Shown here one piece after another: positions 1 to 12,300 of a stretch of DNA of 64,000 nucleotides. This DNA is from Octopus sinensis (taxonomy: Eukaryota), in assembly GCF_006345805.1 (NCBI RefSeq), contig NC_042997.1, positions 32,612,001 to 32,676,000 on the forward strand, written 5' to 3'. The translations under genes were made by a program, and so were the position numbers. Numbering within the stretch: position 1 is the stretch's first letter; the number at the start of each line of letters is the position of its first letter. Under the pieces are notes generated by a model. The model saw only the letters and a list, made by a program, of their open reading frames with translations, was not told where the DNA came from and ran no database searches.

Positions 1-431
1 ATTGTACCCCGAGTCCTATTACATTTACTGATCTACTGGATTACATTACCAAAAACAGAGTCCCTTAAGTGGAAGATCAGTGGCTTTCTGTAAAAGTGGT
101 TGGGATTTCATGCAGTCTAAACGGTGTAGCACTGTATGGGACCAGTAACATCTTGCAGCTCCAGTATGGGACCAGTAACATCTTCTCACTGAAGAATTTT
201 AAGTAACATGAGTAAGAGAGGGCTTACTTTATATGGACTCCTGCTGGCTTCAATGTGAGAACAGAGAGGAAATGGAAGGCAGAGAAAGCAGAGCAAGTGG
301 ATGAATCACACCTAATTCAAAAGAAGCTGGTGAGCATCTTGACAATTGGCAGAGCAGGCTAAGGTTTTTGTCCTTGCTTTTGTTTTTTTTTCCAAATACA
401 CATGTTGGCAAGGCCCAGGGAAAAGAGAAGT

Positions 432-1427
432 TGTGGTGTATGCAGGAGATTTGAAATAAGGACACCTACCTTCTCTTCATTGATGAAGACCTCTCCAGCG
501 GTAATGCACCCTTCCACGTGGCCTGACCCGAACGCTAGAAATAGCAGCTGCTTTTCTCCTACCTTGACAAAGCGCTCACACATCCAGCTCTGTCGGCTAC
601 CCCGATTAAAAAGGCCCAATGCTCCCCTGCCTGCACGCGTGTCATTCCTGCCCCTTCCTTTTCCGGTCAGCACCAAGTTCCAGTCAGCTCCCCGGCTGCT
701 GACGTCATCTCACAGAAGTATCATACCATTCAAGAGAAGGTCAGAGCAGATGTAGAGGAGAATGAGTGATCAGAGTTGTGAAAGGCAGGCACCATTGACA
801 AGAGAATGTGCACCAATGCAGGATTTCTTAAGGGAGGTGATGAAAATTATAATAGTGTGCTATGGCAATGTTTTTACTCTAAATGGGTGACAACAGAGAA
901 ACACCAAAGTATACATAATGCAGAAGTGTACCAGTCTTTCCCCAAATCTGCCAAACATGCCACATAATTGATTTTATTAAGTCCAAGGGAAGAATCTACC
1001 AACCATAAATAAGATGTTCCAATTAATAGGGGTTACAAGAAGATTTAACAACAGAAACATTTAGCTGTTCTTTGTCTTTTCACTTTTTCCTTTTCTTCCT
1101 TCCTTTTTATTTTGTAGTAGATATTTTTTTCAGCTTATCACGGCTTTCTGGCTTCACACACTGTGGGATGACATCAGCAGCTGGGGAGCTGACCGGAAGA
1201 GGAAGGGGAGGAGTGACACGCGTGCAGGCAGGGGAGCATTGGGCCTTTTTCGATCGGGGTAGCCGACAGAGCTGGATGTGTGAGTGCTTTGTCAAGGTAG
1301 GGGAAAAGCAGCTGCTATTCTTAACATTTGGATTGGGCCAAGTAGAAGGGTGCATTACCGCTGGAGAGGTCTGTGCTGACGAAGAGAAGGTAGGTGTCCT
1401 TATTTCAAATCTCCCGCATATACCACA
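432..1427. repeat. Inverted pair of a GC-rich repeat (arms ~432-715 and ~1161-1427)
   Basis: The arms are reverse complements (RFEIRTPTFSS...HIQLCRLPR appears on + at 402 and on - at 1107), separated by a ~445-bp spacer. Confidence 0.9.
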
Positions 1428-1735
1428 CACACAAGCTTAAATTTATCGAAAGAATATATAGTCAACATCTCTTATATATGAAGGAGCTGAGCTGGCAGAA
1501 TTTTTAGCATGTAGGATAAAATTCTTAGCAGCATTTTTTCCAGCTCCTTCTGTTCAGATTTCAAATACTGCCAAGATCAACTTTGCCCTGTGTCCCCTTA
1601 GGGTTCATAAAATAAAGTGCCATTCAAGTACTGGGACTGATGTAACTGACTTGTCTCCTCCCTTCAAAATTGCTAGCCTCGAACCCAGTATTGGATCAGT
1701 ATCTCATTTAGGGGGAACGCTGTTATCTCAGTGAA

Positions 1736-2075
1736 GGCACATAACTAAGTGGTTAGAATATCAGGCTCGCAATCACGAGGTAGTGAGTTCAATTCTCAGA
1801 CCAGGTAGTGTGTTGTGTTCTTGACCAATGCACTTTATTTCACGTTGCTCCAGTTCACTCAGCTGTAGAAATGAGTTGTAATATCACTGGTGCTAAACTG
1901 TATTGGCCTTTGATTTTCCTTTGGGTAACAACAGTGGTGCAAAGAGGGGAGGCTGGTATGCATGGGCGACTGCTGGTCTTCCATAAACAACCATGCCTCA
2001 ATTTGTACCTTTGAGGAGAACTTTCTAGGTGCAATCCCATGGTCATTCATGACCAAAGGGGATCTTTACCCTCTT
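1736..2075 (+). mobile_element. tRNA-derived SINE
   Basis: TAAGTGGTTAG A-box-like and GAGTTCAATTC B-box, followed by a repeat body. Confidence 0.6.
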
Positions 2076-2116
2076 ACTTTTTACCCTGTGATCTCACTGA
2101 GTAACTGGTCTTATTT

Positions 2117-2348
2117 AGGCGGCGAGCTGGCAGAATCGTTAGCACGCCGGGCGAAATGCTTAGCAGTATTTTGTCTGCCGCTATATTCTGAGTTCAAATT
2201 CCGCCGAGGTCGACTTTGCCTTTCATCCTTTTGGGGTTGATTAAATAAGTACCAGTTATGCACTGGGGTCGATATAATCAACTTAATCCGTTTGCCTGTC
2301 CTTGTTTGTCCTCTCTGTGTTTAGCCCCTTGTGGGTAGTAAAGAAATA
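2117..2348 (+). mobile_element. tRNA-headed SINE, family S1 (tail GCCCCTTGTGGGTARTAAAGAAAT)
   Basis: A-box TGGCAGAATCG, B-box GAGTTCAAATTCC, core CCTTTCATCCTTT...GGGGT(C/T)GAT; TSD GGTCTTATTT. Confidence 0.85.
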
Positions 2349-2469
2349 GGTCTTATTTGTCCAAGAGCTCAAGAGATAAGAAAAATCTCTTACTTAATAC
2401 TAGTAATTACTTTCAAATCACTGAAAACAATAATTCATTTCAAAATCTCATTTCAAAATAATACTTTAC

Positions 2470-2697
2470 CTGATCAAAATTGTCTAATGCTTTATGCAAA
2501 TTAGCTTGCATACCAGTAGGAGGTTCGTTCGTAATTTTGATGGCTGACTCAAGAATACCCTGAGGTATGATGTGGGAAGAAGCAGAAGCAGCAGGTTCGG
2601 CACTGACGAAAACTCTGTAAGATTCATGGCTTTCTACACTATATTCTTCTAACTTCTTCTCTAAGTTGGCCAGCCATTTTGCAACAAGATGCACATT
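2470..2697 (-). CDS. DNAH9/DNAH17: Dynein exon 19 (AAA6)
   Basis: NVHLVAKWL...[25 protein letters not shown]; 228 nt. Confidence 0.95.
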
Positions 2698-3009
2698 CTA
2701 AGAAAAATATATTCATGAAGACAAAATTATTGTACTAAAATATGTTGACATATAATGGAGACATGCTTAGGTCTGTGGTTAAAAACTTCACATTGCAACC
2801 ACATGGTTCTGTATTTGATTCCAATTTGCAATGAGAAAGTGTCTTCTATCTCAGCCTTGAGTAAACTAATGCTTTATGAGTGGAAATAAATTGGTAGGGA
2901 TTGAGTAGAAGTCATTCAAGTGTGTGTGTATGATTGTAGATAGACAGACAGAGAGACTGATAAATTGTGAAATAATAAGTGGATGGATAGATGGATGGAT
3001 GGATGGATG

Positions 3010-3049
<40 letters not shown>

Positions 3050-3404
3050 TAGATAGTGAAATAGATATGTGTGTGTGTAGATAAATAGAAGGGGCAGGCA
3101 ACAGGTTGCTTAGCTGCATACCGAAAAAATTAGAAATAGCAGTCCGAGACTGTTTATTTCTATTTTCTACAAGTGGGGGACTGTTTATTTCTATTTCTAA
3201 TTTTTCGGTATGCGGCTAAGCAACCTGTTGTCTGCCCCTTCTATTTATATACAATATATACTGAACTTCACAGAAGTTCCTGCCGCTAATGGTTATATTT
3301 ACATACCGAAATCTACCAGTAAATAATTCTTGGTTTTTTGAAAAACCATCGAAGAAATTATTTACTCTTATTATTATATGTGTGTGTAGATAGATAGATA
3401 GGTG

Positions 3405-3440
<36 letters not shown>

Positions 3441-3477
3441 AACAGATAGATAGATATATATATATATATATATATAT

Positions 3478-3540
<63 letters not shown>

Positions 3541-3758
3541 TGTTTCTTTATTAGCCACACAGGGCTGCACATAGATGGGATAGATTACAAAGTAGAGCTT
3601 TTCTTTTTAGGGAGAGAAAAAAAAGTGGGGTAGGTTTTCGATCAAAAGGGATCGTAAAAGGGAAAAAAAGGAAAGAAACAAAAAGAAAAAAGGGAAAGGA
3701 AAAAAAAAGAAAAAACGATCAATAGGGATCGTGTATATAGATAGATAGATAGATAGAT

Positions 3759-3820
<62 letters not shown>

Positions 3821-5040
3821 CAGATAGACTGATAGATGGATAGATAGACTGTGAAATAGATGTGTGTACTGGTGGAAATTGATATAAACACCTTATGGTA
3901 TTTAAGTCTGAAAAAGAGAGACAACTCTCTAAAAGGTTGTAACTCTGGTAAATAGGACCATTTGATAAATAGTGATCAATAAAATGTAAACCAAATTTAC
4001 ATATTGTGCCTGAAAAGAGTAAATAAAATGAGAAACCACTAGATGGCAGAATCAGACAAAATATCTTGCAGTAATTGGGTTTATCCCTTTATATTCTGAG
4101 TTCAAATTCTGCTAGATGCTCTTTGTCTTTCATAATTCTGAAATATGAAACAGGTAATCTAAGTACTTGGGTCAATGTAATTAACTATACTTTGGAAGGC
4201 ATTGTCTCAGCACAGCAAAAGTCAAATTATAGAAACCAATAAACCATAAAAGAATGAAAGACTGTATTGTTTGTCTTTTTCTCACTGGATACAAAGTACA
4301 AAATTATAGGAACAGGTTGTGCGTGATGTTGGAGCATTTCCAAATTACACGAATGACATATTCATCATTATGGTTCATTGTTTTAACATCCACTTTTCTA
4401 TGCTTGCATGGGTCAGATGGAATTTGTTGAATCCTATTTTCTATGGCTGGATGCCCATCCTGTCCCCATCATTGACTTCATTCTAAATGAAGTTATATTT
4501 CCCTGTGAACAGACAGGTTTTCATGAAAGACTGAAAAAGAATGACATTGCTTATATAACAATAACACTCATTTACAATTAACATGTGATGTCAAGATAGG
4601 ACCCCCACACCACCACCACCACCACCACCACATATATACACAATGGGATTCTTTTATTGCAAGGCTTTTGCTTGTTTCAGGACTATGGAAGACACTTGCC
4701 CAAGGTTCCTCGTAATAGGACTGAATCCAAAAACCAATTGGTTAGGAAGCAAACTTTTTAACTACACAGCTATACTTGTGCCTTGCAGTTATTTGTGCCA
4801 TATTCCTGGTAGAAACATTTACATCGTTATTGTGAGTCCTGCCTACATTAAAGAGATAATAACAAAAGCTACTAAAATCCTTCCATCCAAAATATAAAAC
4901 CAAAGAGGTGTTAAAATATGCAATGATCAAAAAAATTTATAGTTCCATACCAAATTAAGATAGTAGTAAAGAAATATAAGGAAAAAAATCCATAATAAAA
5001 AATGCTGAAGCTGGGGCATAGTGAAATTTTCAACAAATGA

Positions 5041-5087
<47 letters not shown>

Positions 5088-6297
5088 GTGTGGTGTGGTG
5101 TTGTGTGTGTGTATGCATGTGTGTGTACAAAGATGGTGATTCACTTTGGTTTCTTCTCAGGTTTACAATGTTCTCAGGTAATAATAACTGACATGAGTAA
5201 ACCAAGCAGAGAACTCTAAGTAGTAACTGAATGAACCACATAATTCGTACAGATAAATATCTTTTACCATATAAATTGAGAACTCTTTCTCTTGTTTGTG
5301 AAAAAAAGAGGGTATATGGATGCACAAGTGTAGTTTTGTATGTACTTATACATACATACATTTTTTTTGTTCTCTAGTTTCAGCTCAGAGCTGCGGCCAT
5401 GCTGATGCACTACCGTTTGTATATATATATAAAGTTAATCCAAACATGAAAAAAAAAGAGAAAACACAACAACGCGAGGACGTGGAACAAGTATAGTATT
5501 ATTGGATGCTCAAGAAGGAAGGGAAGAAGGAGGGTTTAACATTTCGAGCAGAGCTCTTCGTTGGAAACATAGGAGAAGGAAAGATCCAGAGAAGGGAAGA
5601 CAGAGGAAAAAAAATCGACAATGGTACACACGCAGTCACATTTTGAATATATCTCTCTCTATATAAACGGCAGTTTGTCTGTGCGTTTTCTGTGTGTCTG
5701 TTTTCTCGTACCCTCACCCTGACCACGGCTTTCAACCGATTCTGATGAAACTTGACACACACATAGCCCAATGTCATAATTCAAAACTAACGCAGCGAAA
5801 ATTTTGAAAAGTTCCCCCAGTTCTGAAAAAGATCGATAAATTCGACATGGGGTCGAATTTCAGAAACCCAAACCACAGACCGTCTAGGGGACGCAACTCC
5901 ACCTTTTTTAACTGTCAAAAAAAATTTACCATAATTTTTTTTCCATTTTTTTGCTATTTTTTGGCTATAACTCTCTAAATATGCTTTATAGTTATTTCCC
6001 TTACAAACCTGAGCAACGCCGGGCGATACTGCTAGTATATATATATATATATGCATATATATATATACATACAGTAATCCCTCGACTATCGCAGGTGTTA
6101 TATTCTAAAATAACCTCCCACAGAAATAATTAAAATCTAAAAAAATATAAATACCTATCGGCCGCAGAAACCTGCAATATACTGAGGAGTCCCAATATAA
6201 ATTTACATATATTAGCCAGAAAAATCCATAATGTACTGAGTGCATGATAGGTGAACTATGATATAGCGAGGGATTACTGTATATATGTATGTATATA

Positions 6298-6336
<39 letters not shown>

Positions 6337-9300
6337 TGAGGGAATATTATTACAAACTTACAGGGAAAAATTCAATATAGAAATACTAAATCAAATTTCA
6401 CAAAATATAATATATATATATATTAATTAGAAAAAAACCCACCTTTTATCAATTCAATAATAAAAAATTAAATTATACCATTTAGAAAAATTACATATTA
6501 TAGAAAGATTAAATATAAGATAAAACATATAACAATGATTAAGTAATGTGCAAAATAATAAATAAAACGTATATATTTATTTTGCACATTACTTAATCAT
6601 TGTTATATGTTTTATCTTATATTTAATCTTTCTATAATATGTAATTTTTCTAAATGGTATAATTTAATTTTTTATTATTGAATTGATAAAAGGTGGGTTT
6701 TTCCTAATTTATATATATACTAGCAGTATCACCAAGCATTGCTCGGGTTTGTAAGGGAAATAACTATATAAGCATTTTTAGAGAGTTATAGCCAAAAAAA
6801 TAACAAAAAAATGCATTAAAAATGGAAAACAAATGATGGTAAATTTTTTTTAAATCTTTGACTCATCGTAGACATTTTTAGAGAGTTACTTCCCTTATAT
6901 AATAGCGAAAAAATGCATTAAAATGGAAAAAAATGATGGTAAATTTTTTTTAAATCTTTGACTCATCGTAGACATTTTTAGAGAGTTACTTCCCTTATAT
7001 AATAGCGAAAAAATGCATTAAAATGGAAAAAAATGATGGTAAATTTTTTTTTAAATCGTAGACTCATCGTAGACGTGCGCTAATACCCAGAAGGGCTCGA
7101 TATGAATCACGACTATAAGATACTGCACCGCAAAATGTGGGAGTAGTTAGGAATCTAAATCGTAGGAGACAGACACACAACTTCTCTTTTATATATAAAG
7201 ATATATACACACATACATACACACAAACATACACATATCTATATTCATGTTGTGTGGGTTTGCTAACTGAAAAGGCTGTAAGACACCCTAACTTACTTGT
7301 AGGATTACCCAGTGTCCTTCTTGAGCTGATATGTCCATAGCTTCTTCAGCTATGATTTCTTGTCCTTGACCCAGAGATATATTGTGGAAGTTCTTGTTGT
7401 CATTTGAGAAACCTAATTTTTTGCCCAATGCCTCTACATCTTTGAGGGGATCCACTCCAGGAGACAAGATAAAAAATACTGGAGTACCAGGACCAGATTC
7501 TTCATAAGATTTGGCAAAGTCCACTTGGCGTCCTTCAACATACTGTGTGCCCATCTTCTCTTCAATGAAATTCCTGCAATAACAGATAAAGAACTGGTGA
7601 AATACGGGGTTAATTAGCAAACCAGATGAATTATTACAACTGTTATTTTTAATACTAGTCAAAAAAATGGAATGGAACAATACTTTAGAAATCAAGAAAT
7701 AAATATTAATCGAAGGAAAGAGTCAAGACTTCCGATTAACTTCAAAAGTATAAATATTTATTTCTTGATTCGCAATACATACATTTCTTCCTCTGGGTGA
7801 ATCGGCAGCCTGGGAGCTTATCGCAGTAGTCAAGTGGAGTGAGCCAATCCTGTCCGTTCAAGCATAGCAGAGATACGCCACAAGGCAGCAGCTTGAGAGA
7901 GATGATAAAACATGACTGTCCTGTTCAACTGTTGGTGTTTGAGGAACGATATGATGGAATTTTGCTGCTGCTAGTTTTCTGTGCATGTGCATGAGGGAAC
8001 TTCCGGCAGGCCTCGTGGAAGAATCCAACTCTGTGCATGCGTGCTGGAGATTTCCAAGATGGCGTCACTACAAAGTTTTGGATTATCAATTCAAAGATTA
8101 TGGGTTCATCTTTTCAGCAAGAAATACCCTAAACTCTTGTATCAGATTGACAAGAAATAGTTACCTCACTAAGCCTATAAAGGTCATACATTCATCAACT
8201 TTTCAAAATAGTGGATAATGTTAATATGTACATTCAACAGTAAAATAAAATACTTGCCCCAAAAGTTCTCTGCAAATATACAACTACAATGTTTTTTTTT
8301 AATAATTTTTTTTTTAAAAGAGAAAATGTTGAATTGAAAAACTACAAATACATAAGCTTATAGAACCATTCAATGAAGAGGGGCAATGCCAAAACATTTG
8401 CAGACCATCTCAGTCTGGTGAAGCTGATGTAGACTGTTTTACATCTTGAATTTTTGTAAGTTGGTTCTGAATTCCAGAGACAAAGTTCTGGAGAAGGATG
8501 ACAGGATACATTTGCAGAATATGAAGTGGAGTAACATACAATAAAGATTGTGAGAGGAGGAGGAGAATAAGTTGGATTTCGGTAGATTTGGTTCATAGTT
8601 TCTTAGTTCAGAGGAGTATAAGCCATTGTAATAAGAGTAAAAAGAATACCTGTGGGTTAAGGTACGCTAAATAGAGAGGCTTTGGAAATCAGTGAATGTG
8701 TCTTTAGCAATCGGTTATTATAGCCAGTTTACTTCCCAAACACGTGGTTTGGGGTTCCGTCTCATTTTGGTGACACTTTGAAAAACAGATAATGATTAGC
8801 AATAGGAAAATTGTGTCACTGTAAAACAATGCTTCTACTGCAACAGCAGAAGTAGCAGCAGCAGCATCGTCACCACTGCTGCCACCATTGTCATCATCAC
8901 CATCATCTGTCTATCTTCTGTGTTGTCATGAGTTAGATGGTTTGACATGATCCAATGAGCTGGAGAGTTGTGCTGAGTTCCATTGTATACTTAGGTATGG
9001 TTTCTGTGTTCTTCCTAATGTCAGCCACTTTACAGAATGTATTAGATGCTTCTTTCATGACACCGGCACTAGTGATGTCACCAAGTAAATTGCAAGACAA
9101 AAAAAAAGGAATAAGGAACAAAAGCCCTTGACTGAGTGAGTTGTAGTAGAAAAAGAAGAGGCTTTATGTGAGGAGTTGAGAGGTACAGGTATCTCGCTTT
9201 AAAGGAGATGCATGGCTTCCCTGTATTGTATAAAGATGGGTGGGAGTATCTGGAAAGGAGAGAAAAATGGTGTTTATCAAGGAGTTAAAGAAACAACAAG

Positions 9301-12300
9301 TGCATGGTTAGGGTAACTGGCTCATGATCACAAAGTTGTGAGTTCAATTCCTGGTGACACATTGTGTCCTTGAGCACTTTACTTCACGTTCCTCCAGTCC
9401 ACTCAGCTGACAAAAATGAGATGTGCCTGTAATTCATAGGGCCAGCCTTGTCATATACTGTGTCACACTGAATCTTTCTGAGAACTACATTAATGGGTAT
9501 GCGTGTCTGTGGAGTGCTCAGCCACTTTGCATATTAATTTCATGAGCAGGCTGTTCTATTGATCGGATCAACTGGAACTCTTGTCATCATAACTGACAGA
9601 GTGTCACTTAAAGAAACAAGAAATGTCACAAGAATTAAGCTACCTGTTGAAACTCACCTGATTGCATATGTCATTCTGTCTGGTCGGAGAGCCCTCATCA
9701 TGCAAAGTTTCTGAAGAGATGTTTTATTCTTCCATTCCTGAGGAAACTTCTCCTTTTCTGGACATTCACACTCAACGAATTTCTTCCATCTTTTAGCAGA
9801 GCCTTCTATGTCCCTATCCAAGTTGCGAAAATCTTCAAGACTGGCCAATGCCTAGAGGAATATAATATTGATTTCATTTGACTAGGAACAGCAAAATCAG
9901 TTTTTTTCCTTCTTTATTTTTAGGAGATAAGTTTAGTTCAACCAGATTGACTACCAGTATTGTCATCACTGATACTTACTACACTCCTACCTCAGATGCA
10001 ATATGATGTCAATAGTTGCAGGATTTGCAATCAATACAATAAACAACTAAACCAGATGTAGTAAAAGATTTTATTTGATAATTTAAGGTACTTGGCCCTT
10101 TTTCTCTTCTTAAATATCTCTCCCACCACTAAACAAAAATTAACAGATCTTGAAGTAGATAATGTGTAATAATAGCATGAAAATATTAGGTTAAGAAAAC
10201 TCTTTGATAACTTGGATATAAAATGTCAAAGGCTACCCAGGGGACATGAATCTACATACCTTACAAGTAGTCTTCTACTTTTTCTATCAAAGGAGTTTTA
10301 AACCCAATATTTGCATGCTATTATCTATAGATTTATCTGCTTTGAGATCCACTGCTCCAAAAAAGAATTTCATGTATGTATATGTATGTAGGCATGTATA
10401 CATACATACATACATACATACATACATACATACATACCCTCTCTCTCTTTCGGAGAGGCACTGAGCAGCTATACGCACACATACATACACGGCAGTAACT
10501 CCCGTGTACCGAATTCAATCACAAAACTTCGGTGGGCTCAGGGCTATAGCGGAAGACACCTAACCAAAGTGCCATGCAGTGGGACTGAACCTGAAACCAT
10601 GTAGTTAGAAAGCAAGCTCCCTAACCACACAGCCATGCCCATACATACATACATAAAGTTAATCCAAACATGAAAACACAAAGAGAAAACACAACACGAG
10701 GATGTGGAACAAGTATAGTGTTATTGGATGCTCAGGAAAGGAAAGAAAGAAGGAGGATTTAACGTTTCAAGCGGAGCTCTTCGTCTGAAACATAGGAAAA
10801 GGAAAGATCCAAGGAAGGGAAGACAGACGGAGGAAAAAAATCGCCAACGATACACACGCGGTCACATATTGAATTTAAATACATACATATACATGCATAC
10901 ATACAGATAGACAGACAGACAGACAGACAGACACTGAGATTGAGAGAAAGAAACATTTTATTTTTCCATATATAGTTAAATTTTATAGCAAAAGTGTTGC
11001 AAGTGTTTACATACCTTGATTCCGCCCCATCCTAAATTGTTGATGAAGTCAACAGGACTAGTAAGGTTGGGAATAGAAGGAAAGCGTAATAAGAAATCCA
11101 ATTCAGTTGCATTTATTTCTTTCTTCAAAAGAAGAATCTGTTAAATTGAAAAATATCTGTGTTATTAAATTCCTAGAAATTTCTTTATAAATTCAAAAAG
11201 AAAATATAACTGTTTGTAAAGTATTAAACACTCTTTGCAATAAATAACACTTTTATTGGTTATTTAGATTGGAATTAAATTAATTACATAAAGAAATCAT
11301 TATTAATTAGTTAGCAGAGTTGTTAGCATGTCAGACAAAAGGCTTAGTGACGTTTCTTATTTCTTTATTACCCACTAGGGGCGACACAGAAAGGGACACT
11401 AAGAAACATGGGGACATATAACATTATAATTAAACTTTATGAACATGAATTGTTAAACGAAAAAATGATTAATGAAAGCGATACCAACGGCCCCGTCCGT
11501 CAGCATCACTTACCTGTCCTTTGTTTTTCATAGTCACTTGAATGTTCCTTGCCAATACGAACAAATTCCATATCCATTCTTACTCCGAAATACTCATCCA
11601 TATTTTCCACGAATTCATCGCTCATTCTTATATCTTTCACCTCCCAATTCTCGCATTCACACATCACCATAAAGTCACCTATGTTCTTCTTTTCAATCAC
11701 AGCATACCTAGTCTCACCAACATCATACCATTATATACTCTTCCATTAGACTTTTAACTTCTTTCTGTTCAGTCATAGTACAAATGTACGGCCTGATATC
11801 GATTTCAATCTCTTGTGTGTGTGTATTCTTTTTTTTCTTTTGTTTTCTTGTTGGGGGGGAGCGGGTGGGTTCAATGTCCATGGATAGGGTGGGACTCAGA
11901 GGGCGTGGGTGGTTTTGGGGTGGATTGGGTTCCATATTATTTTCTTTTCCACGTATTCTTCTCTTCCTCTTACTTCCAGCTTCCTTCCATTTCTGTGTAT
12001 TCTCTTCCTCTGTTTCCTTCTCCTCTGGTTTCTGCTTCTCTCTCTCTGGTTCGGGATCCATTTCTTTCCCTGGGGGAGGGCAGAAGGCTCTTATGTGACC
12101 CCTCAGGCCACACTTGTAACAACGTGGAGCCCTGCCCTCCACCCACACTCTCATGATCACTTCTCCCAGTCTGATGCTTTCCGTCAGGTCCACCAGTACC
12201 TCGGTCTCTGCCTGTACGTTCAGCTCCACTGTTACGCCTCTCCAGCCCTCGGACTTAACCGAGGCATGGAGAATATCTACTTCGTCCTCGTGGCCGCTGA

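Noticed and set aside
1-2469. Further dynein exon downstream of exon 19
   Set aside because: I found no segment resembling the expected next AAA6 sequence, so the gene continues beyond position 1.
8340-8620. Possible nested exon in purine-rich intronic sequence
   Set aside because: Stops occur in the frames examined, and there is no recognisable homology or splice pair.
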